Shown one piece after another: positions 12,168 through 25,600 of a stretch of 64,000 nucleotides of DNA; the first letter of the stretch is position 1; the number at the start of each line of letters is the position of its first letter. The stretch is taken from the NCBI GenBank assembly GCA_002269645.1, contig NIVC01000927.1:62001-126000 (forward strand), written 5' to 3'. The notes beneath the pieces were generated by a model. That model was not told the origin of the DNA. It ran no database searches and worked only from the letters and a program-made list of their open reading frames with translations. A program made the translations under genes and the position numbers. The DNA comes from Macrostomum lignano. Lineage: Eukaryota.

Positions 12168-12440
12168 AAATTGACTTGAACGCATCAACCGCTCCTCAAC
12201 AATAACTCAGCGAAATCTTGCCGCGGCTTCGTCCAGTCTATCGGCTATTCATCCTCGGATGCGACAGACTCGACGGCGTGGACCGTCGCCAAATTTCCCC
12301 GCTCCCCGTCTGCTAGAATTCGGTTCGCGGCGGACCGGGTGGCGGCCGTGACCGCCCAGCAACAGCAGCGTGGCAAGCAGCCGGCTGCCTACAAGAGGGA
12401 GCCTCTGATTGAACAGGCTGCCACTGCCGGCAGGAAGTGA
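12168..12440 (+). pseudogene. GC-rich putative terminal exon with an early in-frame TGA (12177-12179) on the left arm
   Basis: Follows a TTTCTTAG acceptor-like site. The same frame is open on the right arm (33511-33239), and about half of the inter-arm codon changes are synonymous. Confidence 0.4.
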
Positions 12441-12826
12441 ACTACAAAATAAACTCATTAATTTATTGGTGTAATTGCATTTTTGCGTTGCTTTTACTAC
12501 TTGCTACTTTATAAGTAGCAGTACGAGCGTATGTTTTAAATGCCTAGTTTAACCCAAGTTCCTTTTTTCTTGGATTTTTTCAGCTGTAAAGGTGTAGAAA
12601 CCATGCAAAGTATTTGCAGTAATCAGACTCTGTTTTTAGCTATCATGTACATTATCAGCTTTTAAATAAGTACTCATATGTTAAAATACTGTTGTAGACC
12701 TTGCTAACTGATAAATTAAATGTGACTTGATAAATTATTTTGTTGTGCCTATCTACTGCACATTCTGTTAATACAAAACTCTCGTCAGTTATTGAAAGTT
12801 ATTTTTTGACTGTTTTTTGACGGTCC

Positions 12827-15800
12827 TGACATTCTTAGCTTCTGACAGCTATTCTTACATAGCTACTGACATTTTTAGCTTCTGACAGCCATTCTTACAT
12901 AGCTACTGACATTCTTAGCTTCTGACAGCCATTCTTACATAGCTACTGACATTCTTAGCTTCTGACAGCCATTCTTACATAGCTACTGACATTTTTAGCT
13001 TCTGACAGCTATTCTTACATAGCTACTGACATTTTTAGCTTCTGACAGCTATTCTTACATAGCTACTGACATTCTTAGCTTCTGACAGCTATTCTTACAT
13101 AGCTACTGACATTCTTAGCTTCTGACAGCTATTCTGACATAGCTACTGACATTCTTAGCTTCTGACAGCTATTCTGACATAGCTACTGACATTCTTAGCT
13201 TCTGACAGCTATTCTACATAGCTACTGACATTCTTAGCTTCTGACAGCTATTCTGACATAGCTACTGACATTTTAGCTTCTGACAGCTATTCTTACATAG
13301 CTACTGACATTTTTAGCTTCTGACAGCTATTCTTACATAGCTACTGACATTCTTAGCTTCTGACAGCTATTCTTACATAGCTACTGACATTCTTAGCTTC
13401 TGACAGCTATTCTGACATAGCTACTGACATTCTTAGCTTCTGACAGCTATTCTGACATAGCTACTGACATTCTTAGCTTCTGACAGCTATTCTGACATAG
13501 CTACTGACATTCTTAGCTTCTGACAGCTATTCTTACATAGCTACTGACATTTTTAGCTTCTGACAGCTATTCTTACATAGCTACTGACATTCTTAGCTTC
13601 TGACAGCTATTCTTACATAGCTACTGACATTCTTAGCTTCTGACAGCTATTCTGACATAGCTACTGACATTCTTAGCTTCTGACAGCTATTCTGACATAG
13701 CTACTGACATTCTTAGCTTCTGACAGCTATTCTGACATAGCTACTGACATTCTTAGCTTCTGACAGCTATTCTGACATAGCTACTGACATTCTTAGCTTC
13801 TGACAGCTATTCTGACATAGCTACTGACATTCTTAGCTTCTGACAGCTATTCTGACATAGCTACTGACATTCTTAGCTTCTGACAGCTATTCTGACATAG
13901 CTACTGACATTCTTAGCTTCTGACAGCTATTCTGACATAGCTACTGACATTCTTAGCTTCTGACAGCTATTCTGACATAGCTACTGACATTCTTAGCTTC
14001 TGACAGCTATTCTGACATAGCTACTGACATTCTTAGCTTCTGACAGCTATTCTGACATAGCTACTGACATTCTTAGCTTCTGACAGCTATTCTGACATAG
14101 CTACTGACATTCTTAGCTTCTGACAGCTATTCTGACATAGCTACTGACATTCTTAGCTTCTGACAGCTATTCTGACATAGCTACTGACATTCTTAGCTTC
14201 TGACAGCTATTCTGACATAGCTACTGACATTCTTAGCTTCTGACAGCTATTCTGACATAGCTACTGACATTCTTAGCTTCTGACAGCTATTCTGACATAG
14301 CTACTGACATTCTTAGCTTCTGACAGCTATTCTGACATAGCTACTGACATTCTTAGCTTCTGACAGCTATTCTGACATAGCTACTGACATTCTTAGCTTC
14401 TGACAGCTATTCTGACATAGCTACTGACATTCTTAGCTTCTGACAGCTATTCTGACATAGCTACTGACATTCTTAGCTTCTGACAGCTATTCTGACATAG
14501 CTACTGACATTCTTAGCTTCTGACAGCTATTCTGACATAGCTACTGACATTCTTAGCTTCTGACAGCTATTCTGACATAGCTACTGACATTCTTAGCTTC
14601 TGATAGCTATTCTGACATAGCTACTGACATTCTTAGCTTCTGACAGCTATTCTGACATAGCTACTGACATTCTTAGCTTCTGACAGCTATTCTGACATAG
14701 CTACTGACATTCTTAGCTTCTGACAGTTATTCTGACATAGCTACTGACATTCTTAGCTTCTGACAGCTATTCTGACATAGCTACTGACATTCTTAGCTTC
14801 TGACAGCTATTCTTACATAGCTACTGACATTCTTAGCTTCTGACAGCTATTCTGACATAGCTACTGACATTCTTAGCTTCTGACAGCTATTCTGACATAG
14901 CTACTGACATTCTTAGCTTCTGACAGCTATTCTTACATAGCTACTGACATTCTTAGCTTCTGACAGCTATTCTTACATAGCTACTGACATTCTTAGCTTC
15001 TGACAGCTATTCTTACATAGCTACTGACATTCTTAGCTTCTGACAGCTATTCTTACATAGCTACTGACATTCTTAGCTTCTGACAGCTATTCTTACATAG
15101 CTACTGACATTCTTAGCTTCTGAGAGCTATTCTGACATAGCTACTGACATTCTTAGCTTCTGACAGCTATTCTGACATAGCTACTGACATTCTTAGCTTC
15201 TGACAGCTATTCTGACATAGCTACTGACATTCTTAGCTTCTGACAGCTATTCTGACATAGCTACTGACATTCTTAGCTTCTGACAGCTATTCTGACATAG
15301 CTACTGACATTCTTAGCTTCTGAGAGCTATTCTGACATAGCTACTGACATTCTTAGCTTCTGACAGCTATTCTGACATAGCTACTGACATTCTTAGCTTC
15401 TGACAGCTATTCTGACATAGCTACTGACATTCTTAGCTTCTGACAGCTATTCTGACATAGCTACTGACATTCTTAGCTTCTGACAGCTATTCTGACATAG
15501 CTACTGACATTCTTAGCTTCTGACAGCTATTCTGACATAGCTACTGACATTCTTAGCTTCTGACAGCTATTCTGACATAGCTACTGACATTCTTAGCTTC
15601 TGACAGCTATTCTGACATAGCTACTGACATTCTTAGCTTCTGACAGCTATTCTGACATAGCTACTGACATTCTTAGCTTCTGAGAGCTATTCTGACATAG
15701 CTACTGACATTCTTAGCTTCTGACAGCTATTCTGACATAGCTACTGACATTCTTAGCTTCTGACAGCTATTCTGACATAGCTACTGACATTCTTAGCTTC

Positions 15801-18800
15801 TGACAGCTATTCTGACATAGCTACTGACATTCTTAGCTTCTGACAGCTATTCTGACATAGCTACTGACATTCTTAGCTTCTGACAGCTATTCTGACATAG
15901 CTACTGACGTTCTTAGCTTCTGATAGCTATTCTGACATAGCTACTGACATTCTTAGCTTCTGACAGCTATTCTGACATAGCTACTGACATTCTTAGCTTC
16001 TGACAGCTATTCTTACATAGCTACTGACATTCTTAGCTTCTGACAGCTATTCTTACATAGCTACTGACATTCTTAGCTTCTGACAGCTATTCTTACATAG
16101 CTACTGACATTCTTAGCTTCTGACAGCTATTCTGACATAGCTACTGACATTCTTAGCTTCTGACAGCTATTCTGACATAGCTACTGACATTCTTAGCTTC
16201 TGACAGCTATTCTTACATAGCTACTGACGTTCTTAGCTTCTGACAGCTATTCTTACATAGCTACTGACGTTCTTAGCTTCTGACAGCTATTCTTACATAG
16301 CTACTGACGTTCTTAGCTTCTGACAGCTATTCTGACATAGCTACTGACATTCTTAGCTTCTGAGAGCTATTCTGACATAGCTACTGACATTCTTAGCTTC
16401 TGACAGCTATTCTGACATAGCTACTGACATTCTTAGCTTCTGACAGCTATTCTGACATAGCTACTGACATTCTTAGCTTCTGACAGCTATTCTGACATAG
16501 CTACTGACGTTCTTAGCTTCTGACAGCTATTCTGACATAGCTACTGACGTTCTTAGCTTCTGACAGCTATTCTTACATAGCTACTGACGTTCTTAGCTTC
16601 TGACAGCTATTCTTACATAGCTACTGACGTTCTTAGCTTCTGACAGCTATTCTGACATAGCTACTGACATTCTTAGCTTCTGACAGCTATTCTTACATAG
16701 CTACTGACATTCTTAGCTTCTGACAGCTATTCTTACATAGCTACTGACGTTCTTAGCTTCTGACAGCTATTCTTACATAGCTACTGACGTTCTTAGCTTC
16801 TGACAGCTATTCTGACATAGCTACTGACATTCTTAGCTTCTGACAGCTATTCTGACATAGCTACTGACATTCTTAGCTTCTGACAGCTATTCTGACATAG
16901 CTACTGACATTCTTAGCTTCTGACAGCTATTCTGACATAGCTACTGACATTCTTAGCTTCTGACAGCTATTCTGACATAGCTACTGACATTCTTAGCTTC
17001 TGACAGCTATTCTGACATAGCTACTGACATTCTTAGCTTCTGACAGCTATTCTGACATAGCTACTGACATTCTTAGCTTCTGATAGCTATTCTGACATAG
17101 CTACTGACATTCTTAGCTTCTGACAGCTATTCTGACATAGCTACTGACATTCTTAGCTTCTGACAGCTATTCTGACATAGCTACTGACATTCTTAGCTTC
17201 TGAGAGCTATTCTGACATAGCTACTGACATTCTTAGCTTCTGACAGCTATTCTGACATAGCTACTGACATTCTTAGCTTCTGACAGCTATTCTGACATAG
17301 CTACTGACATTCTTAGCTTCTGACAGCTATTCTGACATAGCTACTGACATTCTTAGCTTCTGACAGCTATTCTGACATAGCTACTGACATTCTTAGCTTC
17401 TGACAGCTATTCTGACATAGCTACTGACGTTCTTAGCTTCTGACAGCTATTCTGACATAGCTACTGACATTCTTAGCTTCTGACAGCTATTCTGACATAG
17501 CTACTGACATTCTTAGCTTCTGACAGCTATTCTGACATAGCTACTGACATTCTTAGCTTCTGACAGCTATTCTGACATAGCTACTGACATTCTTAGCTTC
17601 TGAGAGCTATTCTGACATAGCTACTGACATTCTTAGCTTCTGACAGTATTCTGACATAGCTACTGACATTCTTAGCTTCTGATAGCTATTCTGACATAGC
17701 TACTGACATTCTTAGCTTCTGACAGCTATTCTGACATAGCTACTGACATTCTTAGCTTCTGAGAGCTATTCTGACATAGCTACTGACATTCTTAGCTTCT
17801 GACAGTATTCTGACATAGCTACTGACATTCTTAGCTTCTGATAGCTATTCTGACATAGCTACTGACATTCTTAGCTTCTGACAGCTATTCTGACATAGCT
17901 ACTGACATTCTTAGCTTCTGAGAGCTATTCTGACATAGCTACTGACATTCTTAGCTTCTGACAGTTATTCTGACATAGCTACTGACATTCTTAGCTTCTG
18001 AGAGCTATTCTGACATAGCTACTGACATTCTTAGCTTCTGACAGCTATTCTGACATAGCTACTGACATTCTTAGCTTCTGATAGCTATTCTGACATAGCT
18101 ACTGACATTCTTAGCTTCTGACAGCTATTCTGACATAGCTACTGACATTCTTAGCTTCTGACAGCTATTCTGACATAGCTACTGACATTCTTAGCTTCTG
18201 ACAGCTATTCTGACATAGCTACTGACATTCTTAGCTTCTGAGAGCTATTCTGACATAGCTACTGACATTCTTCTTCTGACAGCTATTCTGACATAGCTAC
18301 TGACATTCTTAGCTTCTGACAGCTATTCTGACATAGCTACTGACATTCTTAGCTTCTGACAGCTATTCTGACATAGCTACTGACATTCTTAGCTTCTGAC
18401 AGCTATTCTGACATAGCTACTGACATTCTTAGCTTCTGAGAGCTATTCTGACATAGCTACTGACATTCTTAGCTTCTGACAGCTATTCTGACATAGCTAC
18501 TGACATTCTTAGCTTCTGACAGCTATTCTGACATAGCTACTGACATTCTTAGCTTCTGACAGCTATTCTGACATAGCTACTGACATTCTTATTTCTGACA
18601 GCTATTCTGACATAGCTACTGACATTCTTAGCTTCTGACAGCTATTCTGACATAGCTACTGACATTCTTAGCTTCTGACAGCTATTCTGACATAGCTACT
18701 GACATTCTTAGCTTCTGACAGCTATTCTGACATAGCTACTGACATTCTTAGCTTCTGACAGCTATTCTGACATAGCTACTGACATTCTTAGCTTCTGACA

Positions 18801-21800
18801 GCTATTCTTACATAGCTACTGACATTCTTAGCTTCTGACAGCTATTCTGACATAGCTACTGACATTCTTAGCTTCTGACAGCTATTCTGACATAGCTACT
18901 GACATTCTTAGCTTCTGACAGCTATTCTTACATAGCTACTGACGTTCTTAGCTTCTGACAGCTATTCTTACATAGCTACTGACATTCTTAGCTTCTGACA
19001 GCTATTCTTACATAGCTACTGACGTTCTTAGCTTCTGACAGCTATTCTGACATAGCTACTGACATTCTTAGCTTCTGACAGCTATTCTTACATAGCTACT
19101 GACATTCTTAGCTTCTGACAGCTATTCTTACATAGCTACTGACGTTCTTAGCTTCTGACAGCTATTCTTACATAGCTACTGACATTCTTAGCTTCTGAGC
19201 TATTCTGACATAGCTACTGACATTCTTAGCTTCTGACAGCTATTCTGACATAGCTACTGACATTCTTAGCTTCTGACAGCTATTCTGACATAGCTACTGA
19301 CATTCTTAGCTTCTGACAGCTATTCTGACATAGCTACTGACATTCTTAGCTTCTGACAGCTATTCTGACATAGCTACTGACATTCTTAGCTTCTGACAGC
19401 TATTCTGACATAGCTACTGACGTTCTTAGCTTCTGACAGCTATTCTTACATAGCTACTGACGTTCTTAGCTTCTGACAGCTATTCTGACATAGCTACTGA
19501 CATTCTTAGCTTCTGACAGCTATTCTTACATAGCTACTGACATTCTTAGCTTCTGACAGCTATTCTGACATAGCTACTGACATTCTTAGCTTCTGACAGC
19601 TATTCTTACATAGCTACTGACATTCTTAGCTTCTGACAGCTATTCTTACATAGCTACTGACATTCTTAGCTTCTGACAGCTATTCTTACATAGCTACTGA
19701 CATTCTTAGCTTCTGAGAGCTATTCTGACATAGCTACTGACATTCTTAGCTTCTGACAGCTATTCTGACATAGCTACTGACATTCTTAGCTTCTGATAGC
19801 TATTCTGACATAGCTACTGACATTCTTAGCTTCTGACAGCTATTCTGACATAGCTACTGACATTCTTAGCTTCTGAGAGCTATTCTGACATAGCTACTGA
19901 CATTCTTAGCTTCTGACAGCTATTCTGACATAGCTACTGACATTCTTAGCTTCTGATAGCTATTCTGACATAGCTACTGACATTCTTAGCTTCTGACAGC
20001 TATTCTGACATAGCTACTGACATTCTTAGCTTCTGACAGCTATTCTGACATAGCTACTGACATTCTTAGCTTCTGAGAGCTATTCTGACATAGCTACTGA
20101 CATTCTTAGCTTCTGACAGCTATTCTGACATAGCTACTGACATTCTTAGCTTCTGAGAGCTATTCTGACATAGCTACTGACATTCTTAGCTTCTGACAGC
20201 TATTCTGACATAGCTACTGACATTCTTAGCTTCTGACAGCTATTCTGACATAGCTACTGACATTCTTAGCTTCTGACAGCTATTCTGACATAGCTACTGA
20301 CGTTCTTAGCTTCTGATAGCTATTCTGACATAGCTACTGACATTCTTAGCTTCTGACAGCTATTCTGACATAGCTACTGACATTCTTAGCTTCTGACAGC
20401 TATTCTGACATAGCTACTGACATTCTTAGCTTCTGACAGCTATTCTTACATAGCTACTGACGTTCTTAGCTTCTGACAGCTATTCTTACATAGCTACTGA
20501 CATTCTTAGCTTCTGACAGCTATTCTTACATAGCTACTGACGTTCTTAGCTTCTGACAGCTATTCTGACATAGCTACTGACATTCTTAGCTTCTGACAGC
20601 TATTCTTACATAGCTACTGACGTTCTTAGCTTCTGACAGCTATTCTTACATAGCTACTGACGTTCTTAGCTTCTGACAGCTATTCTTACATAGCTACTGA
20701 CGTTCTTAGCTTCTGACAGCTATTCTTACATAGCTACTGACATTCTTAGCTTCTGAGAGCTATTCTGACATAGCTACTGACATTCTTAGCTTCTGACAGT
20801 TATTCTGACATAGCTACTGACATTCTTAGCTTCTGATAGCTATTCTGACATAGCTACTGACATTCTTAGCTTCTGACAGCTATTCTGACATAGCTACTGA
20901 CATTCTTAGCTTCTGAGAGCTATTCTGACATAGCTACTGACATTCTTAGCTTCTGACAGCTATTCTGACATAGCTACTGACGTTCTTAGCTTCTGATAGC
21001 TATTCTTACATAGCTACTGACGTTCTTAGCTTCTGACAGCTATTCTGACATAGCTACTGACGTTCTTAGCTTCTGACAGCTATTCTTACATAGCTACTGA
21101 CATTCTTAGCTTCTGACAGCTATTCTTACATAGCTACTGACGTTCTTAGCTTCTGACAGCTATTCTGACATAGCTACTGACGTTCTTAGCTTCTGACAGC
21201 TATTCTTACATAGCTACTGACATTCTTAGCTTCTGACAGCTATTCTTACATAGCTACTGACATTCTTAGCTTCTGAGAGCTATTCTGACATAGCTACTGA
21301 CATTCTTAGCTTCTGACAGTTATTCTGACATAGCTACTGACATTCTTAGCTTCTGATAGCTATTCTGACATAGCTACTGACATTCTTAGCTTCTGACAGC
21401 TATTCTGACATAGCTACTGACATTCTTAGCTTCTGAGCTATTCTGACATAGCTACTGACATTCTTAGCTTCTGACAGCTATTCTGACATAGCTACTGACG
21501 TTCTTAGCTTCTGACAGCTATTCTGACATAGCTACTGACATTCTTAGCTTCTGACAGCTATTCTGACATAGCTACTGACATTCTTAGCTTCTGACAGCTA
21601 TTCTGACATAGCTACTGACATTCTTAGCTTCTGAGAGCTATTCTGACATAGCTACTGACATTCTTAGCTTCTGACAGTTATTCTGACATAGCTACTGACA
21701 TTCTTAGCTTCTGAGCTATTCTGACATAGCTACTGACATTCTTAGCTTCTGACAGCTATTCTGACATAGCTACTGACATTCTTAGCTTCTGATAGCTATT

Positions 21801-22005
21801 CTGACATAGCTACTGACATTCTTAGCTTCTGACAGCTATTCTGACATAGCTACTGACGTTCTTAGCTTCTGATAGCTATTCTGACATAGCTACTGACATT
21901 CTTAGCTTCTGACAGCTATTCTGACATAGCTACTGACATTCTTAGCTTCTGAGAGCTATTCTGACATAGCTACTGACATTCTTAGCTTCTGACAGTTATT
22001 CTGAC
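12827..22005 (+). repeat. 40-bp satellite (TGACATTCTTAGCTTCTGACAGCTATTCTGACATAGCTAC)n, ~230 units
   Basis: Direct 40-bp periodicity with recurrent single-base variants. Confidence 0.99.
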
Positions 22006-22619
22006 NNNNNNNNNNNNNNNNNNNNNNNNNNNNNNNNNNNNNNNNNNNNNNNNNNNNNNNNNNNNNNNNNNNNNNNNNNNNNNNNNNNNNNNNNNNNNNN
22101 NNNNNNNNNNNNNNNNNNNNNNNNNNNNNNNNNNNNNNNNNNNNNNNNNNNNNNNNNNNNNNNNNNNNNNNNNNNNNNNNNNNNNNNNNNNNNNNNNNNN
22201 NNNNNNNNNNNNNNNNNNNNNNNNNNNNNNNNNNNNNNNNNNNNNNNNNNNNNNNNNNNNNNNNNNNNNNNNNNNNNNNNNNNNNNNNNNNNNNNNNNNN
22301 NNNNNNNNNNNNNNNNNNNNNNNNNNNNNNNNNNNNNNNNNNNNNNNNNNNNNNNNNNNNNNNNNNNNNNNNNNNNNNNNNNNNNNNNNNNNNNNNNNNN
22401 NNNNNNNNNNNNNNNNNNNNNNNNNNNNNNNNNNNNNNNNNNNNNNNNNNNNNNNNNNNNNNNNNNNNNNNNNNNNNNNNNNNNNNNNNNNNNNNNNNNN
22501 NNNNNNNNNNNNNNNNNNNNNNNNNNNNNNNNNNNNNNNNNNNNNNNNNNNNNNNNNNNNNNNNNNNNNNNNNNNNNNNNNNNNNNNNNNNNNNNNNNNN
22601 NNNNNNNNNNNNNNNNNNN
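22006..22619. other. Assembly gap (614 N) at the point where the satellite orientation flips
   Basis: N run; satellite is forward on the left and reverse on the right. Confidence 0.99.
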
Positions 22620-25600
22620 AGCTAAGAATGTCAGTAGCTATGTCAGAATAGCTGTCAGTAAGCTAAGAATGTCAGTAGCTATGTCAGAATAGCTAGAAGC
22701 TAAGAATGTCAAGCTATGAAATAGCTGTCAGAAGCTAAGAATGTCAGTAGCTATGTCAGAATAGCTGTCAGAAGCTAAGAATGTCAGTAGCTATGTCAGA
22801 ATAGCTCTCAGAAGCTAAGAATGTCAGTAGCTATGTCAGAATAGCTGTCAGAAGCTAAGAATGTCAGTAGCTATGTCAGAATAGCTGTCAGAAGCTAAGA
22901 ATGTCAGTAGCTATGTCAGAATAGCTGTCAGAAGCTAAGAATGTCAGTAGCTATGTCAGAATAGCTGTCAGAAGCTAAGAATGTCAGTAGCTATGTCAGA
23001 ATAGCTGTCAGAAGCTAAGAATGTCAGTAGCTATGTCAGAATAGCTGTCAGAAGCTAAGAATGTCAGTAGCTATGTCAGAATAGCTGTCAGAAGCTAAGA
23101 ATGTCAGTAGCTATGTCAGAATAGCTGTCAGAAGCTAAGAATGTCAGTAGCTATGTCAGAATAGCTCTCAGAAGCTAAGAATGTCAGTAGCTATGTCAGA
23201 ATAGCTGTCAGAAGCTAAGAATGTCAGTAGCTATGTCAGAATAGCTTCAGAAGCTAAGAATGTCAGTAGCTATGTCAGAATAGCTGTCAGAAGCTAAGAA
23301 TGTCAGTAGCTATGTCAGAATAGCTCTCAGAAGCTAAGAATGTCAGTAGCTATGTCAGAATAGCTGTCAGAAGCTAAGAATGTCAGTAGCTATGTCAGAA
23401 TAGCTGTCAGAAGCTAAGAATGTCAGTAGCTATGTCAGAATAGCTGTCAGAAGCTAAGAATGTCAGTAGCTATGTCAGAATAGCTGTCAGAAGCTAAGAA
23501 TGTCAGTAGCTATGTCAGAATAGCTGTCAGAAGCTAAGAATGTCAGTAGCTATGTCAGAATAGCTGTCAGAAGCTAAGAATGTCAGTAGCTATGTCAGAA
23601 TAGCTGTCAGAAGCTAAGAATGTCAGTAGCTATGTCAGAATAGCTGTCAGAAGCTAAGAATGTCAGTAGCTATGTCAGAATAGCTGTCAGAAGCTAAGAA
23701 TGTCAGTAGCTATGTCAGAATAGCTCTCAGAAGCTAAGAATGTCAGTAGCTATGTCAGAATAGCTGTCAGAAGCTAAGAATGTCAGTAGCTATGTCAGAA
23801 TAGCTGTCAGAAGCTAAGAATGTCAGTAGCTATGTCAGAATAGCTGTCAGAAGCTAAGAATGTCAGTAGCTATGTCAGAATAGCTGTCAGAAGCTAAGAA
23901 TGTCAGTAGCTATGTCAGAATAGCTGTCAGAAGCTAAGAATGTCAGTAGCTATGTCAGAATAGCTGTCAGAAGCTAAGAATGTCAGTAGCTATGTCAGAA
24001 TAGCTGTCAGAAGCTAAGAATGTCAGTAGCTATGTCAGAATAGCTCTCAGAAGCTAAGAATGTCAGTAGCTATGTCAGAATAGCTGTCAGAAGCTAAGAA
24101 TGTCAGTAGCTATGTCAGAATAGCTGTCAGAAGCTAAGAATGTCAGTAGCTATGTCAGAATAGCTGTCAGAAGCTAAGAATGTCAGTAGCTATGTCAGAA
24201 TAGCTGTCAGAAGCTAAGAATGTCAGTAGCTATGTCAGAATAGCTGTCAGAAGCTAAGAATGTCAGTAGCTATGTCAGAATAGCTGTCAGAAGCTAAGAA
24301 TGTCAGTAGCTATGTCAGAATAGCTGTCAGAAGCTAAGAATGTCAGTAGCTATGTCAGAATAGCTGTCAGAAGCTAAGAATGTCAGTAGCTATGTCAGAA
24401 TAGCTGTCAGAAGCTAAGAATGTCAGTAGCTATGTCAGAATAGCTGTCAGAAGCTAAGAATGTCAGTAGCTATGTCAGAATAGCTGTCAGAAGCTAAGAA
24501 CGTCAGTAGCTATGTAAGAATAGCTGTCAGAAGCTAAGAACGTCAGTAGCTATGTCAGAATAGCTGTCAGAAGCTAAGAATGTCAGTAGCTATGTCAGAA
24601 TAGCTGTCAGAAGCTAAGAATGTCAGTAGCTATGTCAGAATAGCTGTCAGAAGCTAAGAATGTCAGTAGCTATGTCAGAATAGCTGTCAGAAGCTAAGAA
24701 TGTCAGTAGCTATGTCAGAATAGCTGTCAGAAGCTAAGAATGTCAGTAGCTATGTCAGAATAGCTCTCAGAAGCTAAGAATGTCAGTAGCTATGTCAGAA
24801 TAGCTGTCAGAAGCTAAGAATGTCAGTAGCTATGTCAGAATAGCTGTCAGAAGCTAAGAATGTCAGTAGCTATGTCAGAATAGCTGTCAGAAGCTAAGAA
24901 TGTCAGTAGCTATGTAGAATAGCTGTCAGAAGCTAAGAATGTCAGTAGCTATGTCAGAATAGCTGTCAGAAGCTAAGAATGTCAGTAGCTATGTAAGAAT
25001 AGCTGTCAGAAGCTAAGAATGTCAGTAGCTATGTAGAATAGCTGTCAGAAGCTAAGAACGTCAGTAGCTATGTAAGAATAGCTGTCAGAAGCTAAGAATG
25101 TCAGTAGCTATGTCAGAATAGCTGTCAGAAGCTAAGAATGTCAGTAGCTATGTCAGAATAGCTGTCAGAAGCTAAGAATGTCAGTAGCTATGTCAGAATA
25201 GCTGTCAGAAGCTAAGAATGTCAGTAGCTATGTCAGAATAGCTGTCAGAAGCTAAGAATGTCAGTAGCTATGTCAGAATAGCTGTCAGAAGCTAAGAATG
25301 TCAGTAGCTATGTAAGAATAGCTGTCAGAAGCTAAGAATGTCAGTAGCTATGTCAGAATAGCTGTCAGAAGCTAAGAATGTCAGTAGCTATGTCAGAATA
25401 GCTGTCAGAAGCTAAGAATGTCAGTAGCTATGTAAGAATAGCTGTCAGAAGCTAAGAATGTCAGTAGCTATGTCAGAATAGCTGTCAGAAGCTAAGAATG
25501 TCAGTAGCTATGTCAGAATAGCTGTCAGAAGCTAAGAATGTCAGTAGCTATGTCAGAATAGCTGTCAGAAGCTAAGAATGTCAGTAGCTATGTCAGAATA

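Larger units (their letters stand above)
1..22005 (+). repeat. Left arm of giant inverted duplication (runs off the window start)
   Basis: Landmarks pair as reverse complements: 890<->~50272, 3206<->48436, 6135-6139<->45427/40727, 8156<->38642, 11145<->35655, 12827<->32857. ORF-track proteins occur twice on opposite strands. Confidence 0.97.
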
